A stretch of 64,000 bases of DNA from Bacteroidales bacterium (GTDB lineage Bacteria > Bacteroidota > Bacteroidia > Bacteroidales > UBA12077), in contig JAIORB010000133.1 of the NCBI GenBank assembly GCA_021108325.1, forward strand, positions 1,937-65,936, in the 5' to 3' direction. Shown here in pieces: positions 28,225 to 38,792 of the stretch. The stretch's first letter is position 1, and the number at the start of each line of letters is the position of its first letter. The translations under genes and the position numbers were made by a program. Below the pieces are notes generated by a model. The model was not told the DNA's origin and did no database searches. It saw only the letters and a program-made list of their open reading frames with translations.

Positions 28225-29010
28225 TTAAAGTCCTCTCATCATCATTCTTTCAGTGAATTTCGAAACAGAAATACCAGTGTTTATTTGCACATTGTCTAAC
28301 ACCATGCTTGTTTTATGATTTTTCTGAACGTTTTTCATTTCCGAATTAGTTATAATCAAAAGACCTGAAATTTCCTCGTATTTTTTTATGCTTAATATTT
28401 TCAAAAGATCCTCATCTTCATCGTAAAACTCTTTTTTTAATCCGATGAAATTGTCTTTTATAATCCATGTAATGGTTTTCGTATACATGTAATCTTCATC
28501 TTTAGACACACTTTCAACAACATAGCATTCTTTGCCATCAATGGTTTCTTCACGTAACAATTTGTGAGTATCATCATCAAGTTTGCGATCACCTAAGTCA
28601 TCGTAAGTGAAATCAGAACCCATAAAGTAATCACTTTTGCTATCGCTTGAAATACGTTTTGTCTTTTTCAAAGCAGGTAGATAAATCCACTGGTCATCAC
28701 TTTTGTCGGAATCATATGACCAACTCATGAAAGATGTATTTTTTACATCTGCAGGCGAAAGAAAAAACATAATGCTTTTTTCAACTTCACCCATATCTTT
28801 TGTGAATTGTTTGATTTTTCGTACTCTTTGATTTCCGCTTTTATTAACAAGTGTCATGGTTAAGTCAGAAGTCTGATCATCTCCGGTATCACGGTTATAA
28901 GCTTTCTCAACGATTTGCTTGCCGGTTAAACTTTGACCCGAAACTTTTGGACTGAATCCTATTGCAAAAAATATTGCAATTAAAACTGATGTGATTTGTA
29001 ATTTTTTCAT
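28225..29010 (-). CDS. Outer membrane lipoprotein-sorting protein (LolA-like)
   Basis: FLSPADVKNTSFM...DDQWIYLPALKKTKRISS...YFMGSDFTYDDL, typical of MMPL-associated LolA-like proteins. Confidence 0.88.
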   Translation of the reverse strand: MKKLQITSVLIAIFFAIGFSPKVSGQSLTGKQIVEKAYNRDTGDDQTSDLTMTLVNKSGNQRVRKIKQFTKDMGEVEKSIMFFLSPADVKNTSFMSWSYDSDKSDDQWIYLPALKKTKRISSDSKSDYFMGSDFTYDDLGDRKLDDDTHKLLREETIDGKECYVVESVSKDEDYMYTKTITWIIKDNFIGLKKEFYDEDEDLLKILSIKKYEEISGLLIITNSEMKNVQKNHKTSMVLDNVQINTGISVSKFTERMMMRGL

Positions 29011-29063
29011 AATTTTTTCTCCTTTTATTTTATTTTTTAGATTTTATAGAGTTTTCTCTAAAA

Positions 29064-29144
29064 AGGTGCTAAGCGGTTATTCTATAAAATGCTTCAAAAT
29101 TATATATCTTGTTATCATATTGTTGGCTAATCCGCTAAGCACCT
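29064..29144. mobile_element. MITE-like element (copy 2 of 6036-6117)
   Basis: aggtgctaagcgg ... ccgctaagcacct. Confidence 0.6.
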
Positions 29145-29145
29145 A

Positions 29146-31593
29146 TTATTTATTTTTATTTTTAAAATAGATATTCGATACTTTTAATAATACAAGCATT
29201 ATGGTTACTGTTCCTACAAAACTTGTAAACATATTAAGCGATACTAATGCACCAAGTTCCCTGTTTGGAGGAAATACGGAAAATAACAGAACCATAAAGC
29301 CTGCAATTACTACAACTGCATTAAAGCTAATTGCTCTGCCTGAATGTGCCATGGTTTTTTGTGCAACAAGCAACATATCATCTGATTTTGAAGCATTATT
29401 GCGATATTGCTCAATAAAATGTACTGCATAATCAATTCCTATACCAATTGCGATACTGGAAAGTAGTGCTGTTGTAGTATTTAATGGAATATCAAGGAAC
29501 CCCATGGTTCCAAAACTTATCAATGCAGTAATGGTGATTGGGACGGCTCCGATTAATCCTATTTTATAGTTTTTGAACATTAACGATAGAAGTACAATTA
29601 CTATTATTAATGATAGTATTAAGCTCATTATTTGTCCTTCTAATATTAAGTCTGTAAATATTAAGCCTTTATATCCGCTTCCTGCATAATTCATTGAAAT
29701 CCCTTGTTTTTCGAAATCCTCTACGTAGGAATCAATTATTGCAATTGCAGAATTTATTGCTTTGGAGTTATCGCTTTTTAACTGGAAAGTAACATTCAGT
29801 TTAGCATAATCGTAATCAACAACTTTATTCAGATTTTCGGGATCGCCCGACATTTCGTAAAGTAATAAATACTGTGCTATCATTTTCTGAGCTAATGAAT
29901 CCTGTGGTTCCGAATCCAGAATTGCTAGTTTAGCGGTCAATTCCTTAGCTAATGAACTCTGACTTGTTAAATCCAGACCTGCCAAAAGCTGAGCTATTGA
30001 ATCACGCTCAGCCAAATGCTGGGCTATCAAATACTGGTTATCAGGGATTGCATTAAACTCTTCTTTATCAGCATTCATTACCTTGTTCATACGTTTGGTA
30101 TAATCTGTAAGAGTAAAAGAATTCCCAACAACTTCGAGATCATTTTCCAGTTGATCTTGCATCTGATCTACTAATTTTAATACATCAGGGTTTTTGAAAA
30201 CATCTTTTTTATCTTCTGAATCTAAAATAAGGTTAAGTGTTGTTGTTCCTCCAAAATGATCATTAATAAATTTGTCGGTAAGTACAATCTCGCTGTCTTT
30301 CTCAAATTTATCAAGGAAACTGGAATTGATCCATATTTTCTGCATTCCAATAATTGATAGAATAATAACAGCAGCAGTAATAAATATAGAAACACTTTTA
30401 CGCTTTATTACTTTTGCAGCAAAACTATAAGCAAGATTAGTTTCTTTGTTTGTTTCATTATTTTTGGATTTTTTAACTTTAGGTAAGCCAAAAACCATAA
30501 TACCTGCTGGAATTAATACCAAAGAAAATACCATAGCCATCAATACACCGAAAGCTGTAAAAATACCGAAGTATTTAATTGGATAAACCTGAGATGTAAG
30601 TAGCGAAATAAATCCTACAGCTGTTGTAATAGATGTCATTACCACAGGTTTCCACATATGTTGAAGCATATCGAGTGTTGCTTCTTTTTTTGATGCATCC
30701 GGATTTTTACGCAAAAATAGTTGTAAATGACTGTATAAATGTATTCCGTCTGCAACCCCGATAGCAATTAGCATTACCGGGATCATTGTTGAAACTGCAT
30801 ATATTGGAATATCTACGGCTGCCATGAGGCCAAATGCCCATACAGTACTGAAAAATACAACTGCCATTGTAAGCAATGTGCTTTTTACGCTTCGTAACAT
30901 TAAAAACAAAACTAAAGTAATAACCAGCAATACGATTGGCACCATCTTTTTCATATCGGCAGGGCCAAGAAGAGCCATAGTACCTTCAACAATAGGGCGG
31001 CCTGCAACATGAATTTTAATATCATCTGTTTTGTATGAATCTGCAAGAGCAAGTATCTCCTCATAAAATTCCTGGGTAAATACATCGTCTCTTATTTCTG
31101 CAATTATTACTGTCACTGTTTTATCAAATGATACTAAACGGCCAAAAGTCATTTCGTTATTTTCAACATTATGTTTTAGTTCATTTAGTTTTTCTTCAGA
31201 TTTAGGTACACGTTTATAAAAAGCTTTAACATCCATTCCTTCTTCAGTACCAATAATGTTATCGGCCGTATATAAAGATGTTACATCAGCTTTTTCAATC
31301 TCGTCCATCTTCTGCAATCTTTTAGTAAGCTGTTTTAGGGTATCTAAAGTTGCAGTATTAAATATTCCATTTTTATTTTCAATGGCTACAATTATGCCAT
31401 CATTAATTCCAAACCATTCTTCGGCCTGGTCGCTGTAAACAAATGCCGGATGATCCTGTGGCATATACTTATCAAGATCCGTTTCCATTCTTGAATTTTT
31501 TTTCATTTGCATGAAAAACATTGCACTAATAATAATAGTTACTGCAAGTACAATCCAAGGTGCTTTTAATAGTTTCTTTAAAAAGTTTTCCAT
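29146..31593 (-). CDS. MMPL/RND-superfamily transporter
   Basis: Two repeats with IAIGVADGIHL and IAIGIGIDYAVHF motifs, about 12 TM segments. Confidence 0.92.
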   Translation of the reverse strand: MENFLKKLLKAPWIVLAVTIIISAMFFMQMKKNSRMETDLDKYMPQDHPAFVYSDQAEEWFGINDGIIVAIENKNGIFNTATLDTLKQLTKRLQKMDEIEKADVTSLYTADNIIGTEEGMDVKAFYKRVPKSEEKLNELKHNVENNEMTFGRLVSFDKTVTVIIAEIRDDVFTQEFYEEILALADSYKTDDIKIHVAGRPIVEGTMALLGPADMKKMVPIVLLVITLVLFLMLRSVKSTLLTMAVVFFSTVWAFGLMAAVDIPIYAVSTMIPVMLIAIGVADGIHLYSHLQLFLRKNPDASKKEATLDMLQHMWKPVVMTSITTAVGFISLLTSQVYPIKYFGIFTAFGVLMAMVFSLVLIPAGIMVFGLPKVKKSKNNETNKETNLAYSFAAKVIKRKSVSIFITAAVIILSIIGMQKIWINSSFLDKFEKDSEIVLTDKFINDHFGGTTTLNLILDSEDKKDVFKNPDVLKLVDQMQDQLENDLEVVGNSFTLTDYTKRMNKVMNADKEEFNAIPDNQYLIAQHLAERDSIAQLLAGLDLTSQSSLAKELTAKLAILDSEPQDSLAQKMIAQYLLLYEMSGDPENLNKVVDYDYAKLNVTFQLKSDNSKAINSAIAIIDSYVEDFEKQGISMNYAGSGYKGLIFTDLILEGQIMSLILSLIIVIVLLSLMFKNYKIGLIGAVPITITALISFGTMGFLDIPLNTTTALLSSIAIGIGIDYAVHFIEQYRNNASKSDDMLLVAQKTMAHSGRAISFNAVVVIAGFMVLLFSVFPPNRELGALVSLNMFTSFVGTVTIMLVLLKVSNIYFKNKNK

Positions 31594-31603
31594 CTTTATT
31601 TAT

Positions 31604-31623
31604 GTTTGTTAATATTCACTAAT
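31604..31623. promoter_or_regulatory. Putative TetR operator upstream of the MMPL operon
   Basis: gtttgttaatattcactaat matches 32246-32265 at 15/20; imperfect palindrome. Confidence 0.5.
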
Positions 31624-31657
31624 GTATATTGTAAAAAAAATCTAAGAAATGACATTC

Positions 31658-32233
31658 TTACTTAGCCATTTTTAATATTGTTAAAAATAGTTCGTTCCCT
31701 TTAACCAGTAAATCGAAGTTGTGTTCTGAATATTTCCACTTACGTACTAACAGGCGAACAGATCCAAAGAATATTAGAGTAAATGTTTCAATGTCTAGTT
31801 CTTCTGAAATTTGTTTTGATTTTTGTAAGTCCCTGAAAACAGAGCTAACTATCTTCTCATTCATTGCATGTATCTCGTTCACTTTGTCAGAAAGAAGTTT
31901 CTCATTCTGAAAAATTTCTTCAGAAAAAATTACGGATATCAAAGCAGGGTTTTCAATAAATTTCAAAAATAATTTATTGAAGAATAATTTCAATTTAGTT
32001 AAAGGATCAACACCATTTTTGGCAAAAGCTTTTTGATTTTCAATCAGATTTTGTTTAAATGAATCTAAAATTTCGTTAAGAATAGCAAATTTGCTTTCAA
32101 AATGCCGGTAAATACCAGGTTCCGAAATACCAATTTCTTTAGACAGATTTTTTATTGTAAATCCTTGTATCCCTTTGTTATCAATCAATTTGATTGACTC
32201 TTCAATTATTTGTTGTTGTCTTTCACTTAACAT
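31658..32233 (-). CDS. TetR/AcrR family transcriptional regulator
   Basis: ERQQQIIEESIKLI...GFTIKNLSKEIGISEPGIYRHFESK; start at ATG 32233. Confidence 0.92.
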   Translation of the reverse strand: MLSERQQQIIEESIKLIDNKGIQGFTIKNLSKEIGISEPGIYRHFESKFAILNEILDSFKQNLIENQKAFAKNGVDPLTKLKLFFNKLFLKFIENPALISVIFSEEIFQNEKLLSDKVNEIHAMNEKIVSSVFRDLQKSKQISEELDIETFTLIFFGSVRLLVRKWKYSEHNFDLLVKGNELFLTILKMAK

Positions 32234-32245
32234 TTGTTCAAGCAA

Positions 32246-32272
32246 GTTAGTTAGTATTCGCTCACAAATATA
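32246..32272 (-). promoter_or_regulatory. -7 promoter box (TATATTTG) with adjacent putative TetR auto-operator
   Basis: Minus strand tatatttGTGAGCGAATACTAACTAAC just upstream of tetR. Confidence 0.55.
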
Positions 32273-32695
32273 TGACGAGAATTTACTTATTCCAAATAAA
32301 AAGTGAATTATTTTAATTCATGAAGTGCAAGTATCAGTAAGAGAGTATGATAAAATTCAAAATATGAATAATTCAGGTTGGAGCAATAAATACAAATTGT
32401 AAAATCAGTGATAATAACAATTGCGTAGCAATGATACTATGGTAGAAAATTACCGTAAATAATTTTGAAGCTGCGTAGCTGCGATAGTTTTCTTTCGTTC
32501 TTACAGAACTTTATTGCTAATGATTTCTATTATACTACCATACTGTTGTCCTTAACAGGACAACGAATAATTCAAAAATGAAACATATTAAATAGGCTCA
32601 GATTAATAGAAACCAATTGTGCTTTTAGGTAATATTAATAAAAGAATGAGAGTAAATTAAACTAAAAATTTCTTGATTTTAGTATTAAAATTTTC

Positions 32696-32730
32696 TATCT
32701 TTGACCAAATGGTTAAACCAATTAGTTTAA
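32696..32730 (+). promoter_or_regulatory. -7 promoter box (TATCTTTG) and palindromic putative operators
   Basis: tatctttg followed by accaaatggtt and aaaccaattagttt upstream of the second tetR. Confidence 0.5.
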
Positions 32731-32753
32731 TAAATTAGTTAAGTATTTAAAAA

Positions 32754-33377
32754 ATGGTAGATCAACAAAAAGATACAGAGCAAAAAATTATGGATGCTGC
32801 AAAGGAAGTTTTTCAGCAAAAAGGTATGACAGGTGCAAGAATGCAGGAGATAGCCGATAAGGCAGGCATAAATAAGGCATTGTTACATTATTATTACCGG
32901 ACTAAAGAAAAACTTTTTGATAAAGTATTTGAGATTGCTTTTTCAATTTTTATTCCAAGGATGCAGGAGATAATGTTATCGGAGAAACCTGTTTTTGAGA
33001 AAATAGAATTTTTCATTGAAAATTATATGGACTTACTTACAAAGCATCCATATATCCCCATATTTGTAATTAATGAACTAAATAGAAATCCACAAATCCT
33101 GGTGAATATCTTTGAAAAGAATATTGATATAAAGGAGAATAAATTATTTGAAAAAATTGATGCTCAAATTCAGGCTGAAGTTCAAAAAGGTATTATTAAA
33201 CCAATAGACACAAGAAATTTAATGACTAATGTTATTGGTTTAATTGTATTCCCTATTGCGGCAAGGCCAATAATTCAGGGGATTATGTTTGAAAATGATA
33301 AAAAGCAATATGATGCTTTTCTTAAACAAAGAAAAGATTTTGTTAAAGATTTTATTATTAATTCAATTAAACCGTAA
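32754..33377 (+). CDS. TetR/AcrR family transcriptional regulator
   Basis: TEQKIMDAAKEVFQQKG..GARMQEIADKAGINKALLHYYYRTKEKLF. Confidence 0.93.
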   Translation: MVDQQKDTEQKIMDAAKEVFQQKGMTGARMQEIADKAGINKALLHYYYRTKEKLFDKVFEIAFSIFIPRMQEIMLSEKPVFEKIEFFIENYMDLLTKHPYIPIFVINELNRNPQILVNIFEKNIDIKENKLFEKIDAQIQAEVQKGIIKPIDTRNLMTNVIGLIVFPIAARPIIQGIMFENDKKQYDAFLKQRKDFVKDFIINSIKP

Positions 33378-33408
33378 CCGGTGAGCTATAAACCATAAGC
33401 CATAATAT

Positions 33409-34698
33409 ATGAATAAATTAAATAAATATAAACAGATGATAAGATTAGTAGTAGTTTTATTTTTCATAACAAATATGGTAATCGCTCAGGAAAACACGAT
33501 TCGTTTACAGAATTGCTATGAAAATATGCTGATTAACTATCCATTATCTAATCAGGGCGAAATCTTTGCGCAAACTAATCAGTTAAATATTAAAAATCTG
33601 AAAACAGGTTGGTTACCAAATGCCGAACTTAATGCTCAGGCTACATATCAGTCTGATGTTTTTGCACTTGAGATTGATTTGCCTATTTCGATTGACTTAC
33701 CTGAAGTGCCTAAAGATCAGTATAAAACCACTGTTGATATTAATCAATTGATTTATGATTGGGGAAGAATAAAATCTGCAAAGCAATTAGAAAATACCAA
33801 TCTTAAAGTAAATCAACAGAATACACAAGTTGAACTTAATAAAATTAAAGAACAGATTAATAAATTTTATTTTGCTATTTTAATTCTGCAATGTAACGAT
33901 GAATTGCTTAATGTAATGCTTAATGATTTGGAATCCAAAGAAAAAACTGTTGAATCAGGTGTTAAAAACGGAATGTTGCTGAGTTCAGATTTAAGTGCAT
34001 TAAAAGCTGAAAAACTCAAAGTCGGGCAGAGTATTACTGAAATAAAAAATCAAATATTTGCGGCAATTGATATATTAGCGGAAATTACGGGTATGAATAT
34101 AGATTATGAGTCAGAATTTGAGATTCCTGAATATGATATAGATAATTCGGGAAATTTAAGCAGGCCGGAATTAATATTATTTGATTATCAAAGAGAAAAG
34201 CTTGATGCTACATCAAAGATTGTTTCAAAACAGAACAAACCAACTGTATTTGCATTTACCCAATTAGGTTATGGAAAACCGGGTTTAAATATGACTAGTG
34301 AACAATTTGATTCATATTATTATGTTGGACTTGGGTTGAACTGGAAATTTTGGGATTGGAATAAAACAAACAGAGAAAAACAAATCATTTCATTAAATAA
34401 AGACTTGGTTTATACACAAGAAAGTACTTTTAATAAACAAATAAATGTTGCATTAAAAAATGAAAGTGCAAAAATTAAGATATATCAGGATGCAATTGAA
34501 TCTGATTTGGAGATTATTAAATTGCGTGAAGAAGTAACAGAAAGTGCTCGCTCAAAACTCGACAATGGAGTAATTACATCAACTGATTACATAACTGAGT
34601 TAAGTAAGGAAACACAGGCAAAAATTAATTACGAAACAAATAAAATTCAGTTAGTTCAGTCGAAAGTAAATTACTTATATATAAAAGGAGATATTTAA
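33409..34698 (+). CDS. TolC-family outer membrane efflux protein
   Basis: WLPNAELNAQATYQSD, GYGKPGLN, NGVITSTDY; operon context. Confidence 0.85.
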   Translation: MNKLNKYKQMIRLVVVLFFITNMVIAQENTIRLQNCYENMLINYPLSNQGEIFAQTNQLNIKNLKTGWLPNAELNAQATYQSDVFALEIDLPISIDLPEVPKDQYKTTVDINQLIYDWGRIKSAKQLENTNLKVNQQNTQVELNKIKEQINKFYFAILILQCNDELLNVMLNDLESKEKTVESGVKNGMLLSSDLSALKAEKLKVGQSITEIKNQIFAAIDILAEITGMNIDYESEFEIPEYDIDNSGNLSRPELILFDYQREKLDATSKIVSKQNKPTVFAFTQLGYGKPGLNMTSEQFDSYYYVGLGLNWKFWDWNKTNREKQIISLNKDLVYTQESTFNKQINVALKNESAKIKIYQDAIESDLEIIKLREEVTESARSKLDNGVITSTDYITELSKETQAKINYETNKIQLVQSKVNYLYIKGDI

Positions 34699-34784
34699 GA
34701 TTAAAGTAAAAAGTAAAAAGACAAAAGTATAAAGGAACAAGAAATCTAAAACTTGAAATTAGAAATTTGAAACAAGATAAGGTT

Positions 34785-35663
34785 ATGAAAACAAAATTAA
34801 TACTATGGATATTTCCAATTCTATTGGCAGCATGTTCTGGAAATGATAATGGTTCTGATGCATACGGAAATTTCGAAGCAAAGGAAGTTATTGTCAGTGC
34901 CGAAGCACAGGGCAAAATTATTGAGTTTAATATTGAAGAAGGAGAGAAGTTGAAGAAAGGCCAGTTCCTTGGTTTTATTGATACTGTGCCTCAGTCAATT
35001 CAAAAAGAACAGTTATTGGCTCAAAAGTATGCAATAGCTTCAAAAACAGCTAATGTAAGAGCTCAAATTAACGTTCAGGAAGAGCAAAAAATAGTTCTCG
35101 AAACAGAGAAGAACAGAATAGAACAATTATATAAAGATAATGCTGCAACAAAACAACAGTACGATGATATAAAAGGGAAATACGATATTCTGGAAAAACA
35201 AATTATTGCAACCAGAACACAAATTTTGTCAATAACTAAAGAAATGGAAGTTGTTGATAAACAAGTGAAGTTAATAAATGAGCAAATTAGCAGGGCTAAA
35301 ATTATTAATCCTATTGATGGAATCGTTCTTGAAAAATATCTTGAAGAAAATGAGATTGCAATTATGGGAAAAGCGCTATATAAAATTGCACGATTGGACG
35401 AAATTGAGTTGCGGGTTTATATTAGTGGTGCTCAATTACCAAATGTAAAAATTGGGCAAAAAGTAAAAGTTTATATCGATAAGGATGCAGAATCTAATCA
35501 GGAGTACAATGGCGAAGTGTTTTGGATATCTGATCAGGCAGAGTTTACGCCCAAAATAATACAAACAAAGGAAGAACGTGTAAATATGGTTTATGCTGTG
35601 AAAATAAGGATTAAAAATGACGGCAAATTGAAAATAGGAATGCCTGGGGAAGTTGTTTTTTAG
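34785..35663 (+). CDS. HlyD-family efflux adaptor (YbhG-like lipoprotein)
   Basis: Lipobox LAAC; DAYGNFEA; ISDQAEFTPKIIQTKEER..VYAVKI; LKIGMPGEV. Confidence 0.92.
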   Translation: MKTKLILWIFPILLAACSGNDNGSDAYGNFEAKEVIVSAEAQGKIIEFNIEEGEKLKKGQFLGFIDTVPQSIQKEQLLAQKYAIASKTANVRAQINVQEEQKIVLETEKNRIEQLYKDNAATKQQYDDIKGKYDILEKQIIATRTQILSITKEMEVVDKQVKLINEQISRAKIINPIDGIVLEKYLEENEIAIMGKALYKIARLDEIELRVYISGAQLPNVKIGQKVKVYIDKDAESNQEYNGEVFWISDQAEFTPKIIQTKEERVNMVYAVKIRIKNDGKLKIGMPGEVVF

Positions 35664-35859
35664 TTTCAGGTTTAAAGTTCAAAGTTTAAAGTTCAAAGTT
35701 AAAAGTTAAAATGAATACCTATGCTAATTGTTTATATTAGTGTTAATTAAATCGAATTTAACATTGTGAATTTTGTGCATGCATTGTGCGCTTTGTGGTT
35801 AAATAGAACAATAGAAAAGAAGCTAATAGCAAATGTCTAAAAGCTAACAGCCTAAAATT

Positions 35860-36774
35860 ATGAATGAGATAGCAGTAGAAGTTCAAAATTTAAAAAAATC
35901 ATACGAAAAAGAGGAAGCCGTAAAAGGTGTAAGCTTTTCAGTTTCCAAAGGAGAGTTGTTTGGGCTAATTGGCCCTGATGGTGCCGGTAAAACAAGTATT
36001 TTAAGGATTATTACAACACTGTTGTTTCCAACAGAAGGAAAAATAACTGTATTAGATTCGGATGTTGTTAAAGATTACAAAAAAATCAGAACTAATATTG
36101 GATATATGCCACAACGATTTTCCTTGTATCAGGATTTATCGGTTGAAGAAAACCTAACTTTTTTTGCTCGAATTTTTGGAACTACTATCGAAGAAAATTA
36201 TGATTTGATTAAAGATATTTATAGTCATATTGAGCCTTTTAAAGATCGCTTAGCAGGAAAACTTTCCGGAGGGATGAAGCAAAAGCTGGCTCTTTCATGT
36301 GCTTTAATTCATAGTCCCGATATATTAATATTAGATGAACCAACAACAGGTGTTGATGCTGTTTCCAGAAAAGAATTTTGGGAAATGCTTATCCGTTTAA
36401 AAGAAAAGGGTATTACAATTCTGGTTTCAACTCCATATATGGATGAAGCGAATTTATGTGATCGTGTGGCACTGATTCAAAACGGGGATATCATGTCTAT
36501 TGACACTCCGGAAAAAATTATTGGTGATTTTGGGCAAAAGCTTTGGGCTGTAAAATCAAACAATATTTATCAATTAATTAATGATTTAAGAAGACTTGAT
36601 TTTATAGATACAGTTTTTCCTTTTGGCGAGTTTCTGCATGTAACTTCAAATACAGAAGACTTAAATATAACCGAACTTAAATCAATTTTAAATGAGAAGA
36701 ATCATCTAGGGATTAAAATTCAACAAGTTGAAGCAAATATAGAGGATTGCTTTATGCAGTTAATGACAAAATAA
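35860..36774 (+). CDS. ABC transporter ATP-binding protein
   Basis: GPDGAGKT, LSGGMKQKL, LDEPTTGVD. Confidence 0.95.
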   Translation: MNEIAVEVQNLKKSYEKEEAVKGVSFSVSKGELFGLIGPDGAGKTSILRIITTLLFPTEGKITVLDSDVVKDYKKIRTNIGYMPQRFSLYQDLSVEENLTFFARIFGTTIEENYDLIKDIYSHIEPFKDRLAGKLSGGMKQKLALSCALIHSPDILILDEPTTGVDAVSRKEFWEMLIRLKEKGITILVSTPYMDEANLCDRVALIQNGDIMSIDTPEKIIGDFGQKLWAVKSNNIYQLINDLRRLDFIDTVFPFGEFLHVTSNTEDLNITELKSILNEKNHLGIKIQQVEANIEDCFMQLMTK

Positions 36775-36844
36775 GACATGAAGCCAAAAGCTGCATATAA
36801 GATAGTTGAAGATTAAAAATTGTAAAAGTTGATTTTTAAAACAT

Positions 36845-37576
36845 ATGCTGAAACACACAGACAACATAATCGAAGTTAAAAATCTGGTGAAAAAATTCGG
36901 AAGCTTTGTTGCTAACGATAATTTAACTTTTAATGTTAAAAAGGGAGAAATATTTGGATTCCTGGGAGCAAACGGGGCAGGGAAAACAACTGCATTAAGA
37001 ATATTATCAGGTTTATCTTACCCAACATCAGGCGAGGTAACAGTTGCAGGATTTGATGTTTATAAAGAAGGTGAAAAAGTAAAGAAAAACATTGGTTATA
37101 TGAGCCAGAAATTCTCGCTATACGAGGACCTGACAGTTCGTGAGAATATTCGATTTTATGGTGGCATTTATGGTTTATCGAACAAATACATTAAAGAAAA
37201 AACTGAATCTTTACTTGAACGCCTGAAAATGAAAGATATTCAAAATTCATTAATAAAATCATTGCCATTAGGCTGGAAGCAAAAAATTGCATTTTCGGTG
37301 GCCATTTTCCACAATCCTAAAATTGTATTTCTCGATGAACCAACAGGAGGTGTAGATCCTATCACTCGACGTGATTTTTGGGAAATGATTTATGAAGCAT
37401 CTGATTCGGGAATAACTGTTTTTGTAACAACACATTACATGGATGAGGCAGAATATTGTGACAGGGTTTCTATTATGGATCAGGGCAGGATAGAAGGGCT
37501 CGATACTCCGGGAGAATTAAAGAAACAATTTAATGCAAAAAACATGGACGAAGTATTTATAAAAATAGCAAGATAG
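36845..37576 (+). CDS. ABC transporter ATP-binding protein
   Basis: GANGAGKTT, LPLGWKQK, LDEPTGGVDP. Confidence 0.95.
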   Translation: MLKHTDNIIEVKNLVKKFGSFVANDNLTFNVKKGEIFGFLGANGAGKTTALRILSGLSYPTSGEVTVAGFDVYKEGEKVKKNIGYMSQKFSLYEDLTVRENIRFYGGIYGLSNKYIKEKTESLLERLKMKDIQNSLIKSLPLGWKQKIAFSVAIFHNPKIVFLDEPTGGVDPITRRDFWEMIYEASDSGITVFVTTHYMDEAEYCDRVSIMDQGRIEGLDTPGELKKQFNAKNMDEVFIKIAR

Positions 37577-37685
37577 TTTCAAATTTCAAATTGAAATCTC
37601 ATAATCAAAAACTTTAAACTAGAAACTTGTATAAAAAAGTGATAAAGAAGAAATTAAGTAGAATAGTTTATAAAAGCAAGAAAGC

Positions 37686-38792
37686 ATGAGTAGATTCCTC
37701 GGTTTTGTAAAAAAAGAATTTCATCATATTTTCAGAGATCCTCGGACAATGCTCATATTGTTTGGAATGCCTATAGCACAAATCCTGATTTTTGGTTATG
37801 TTGTTTCGAATGAGATTACAGACGTTAAAATTGGCGTTTACGATAAATCAAAAGATCATGTAACACACGAAATCACAAATAAAATAACTTCATCGGGATT
37901 TTTTATTTTAAGTGAAAATTTAAATTCTGATCAGGAAATTGAAGATGTATTTAAAAAAGGAATAATTCGTGAAGTGATTGTTTTCGAATCAAATTTTGCA
38001 GAAAAACTGGAACGTGATGGATCAGCAGGAATACAAATAATTGCTGATGCTTCCGATGCTAATACTGCGAATATTGTTACCAATTATACGCAGTCCATAA
38101 TAAACAATTATGTAAAAAATGAACTTTTAGCTCAGGGCTTACCTTACGAAATTGTACCTGAAGTTAGAATGCTTTATAATGATGAACTTAAAGGAGTTTA
38201 TATGTTTGTTCCCGGTACTATGGCATTAATTCTTATGCTTGTTTCAGCAATGATGACATCCATATCGATAGCGCGCGAAAAAGAAATGGGTACAATGGAA
38301 GTTTTATTGGTATCACCTTTAAAACCACTACCAATTGTAATTGGGAAAGTAATCCCTTATATGGTATTATCATTTATTAATGCAGTAGTAATTATTGCAT
38401 TAAGCTATTTTGTTTTCGAAATGCCAATACAGGGAAATCTGGTTTTTCTTTTACTCGAAACACTATTATTTATTTTTATGGCTCTTTCACTGGGAATACT
38501 AATATCAACAGCTAGTAACAGTCAATTAGTAGCCATGTTTATTTCAATGTTTGCACTAATGTTACCAACAATGTTATTATCAGGATTTATCTTTCCGATT
38601 GAGAATATGCCAAAAATATTACAATGGTTTAGCACTATTATGCCAGCCAGGTATTTCATTGTTATCGTTAAGAACATAATGATAAAAGGATCGGGCATTG
38701 GAATTGTTTGGAAAGAAACATTAATTATTGCAGGAATGACTGTTTTCTTTTTAGTAATGAGTATAAAAAAGTTCAAAGTAAGACTAGAATAG
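37686..38792 (+). CDS. ABC-2 type permease (YbhS-like)
   Basis: KKEFHHIFRD, SIAREKEMGTMEVLLVSP, LLSGFIFPIENMP. Confidence 0.92.
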   Translation: MSRFLGFVKKEFHHIFRDPRTMLILFGMPIAQILIFGYVVSNEITDVKIGVYDKSKDHVTHEITNKITSSGFFILSENLNSDQEIEDVFKKGIIREVIVFESNFAEKLERDGSAGIQIIADASDANTANIVTNYTQSIINNYVKNELLAQGLPYEIVPEVRMLYNDELKGVYMFVPGTMALILMLVSAMMTSISIAREKEMGTMEVLLVSPLKPLPIVIGKVIPYMVLSFINAVVIIALSYFVFEMPIQGNLVFLLLETLLFIFMALSLGILISTASNSQLVAMFISMFALMLPTMLLSGFIFPIENMPKILQWFSTIMPARYFIVIVKNIMIKGSGIGIVWKETLIIAGMTVFFLVMSIKKFKVRLE

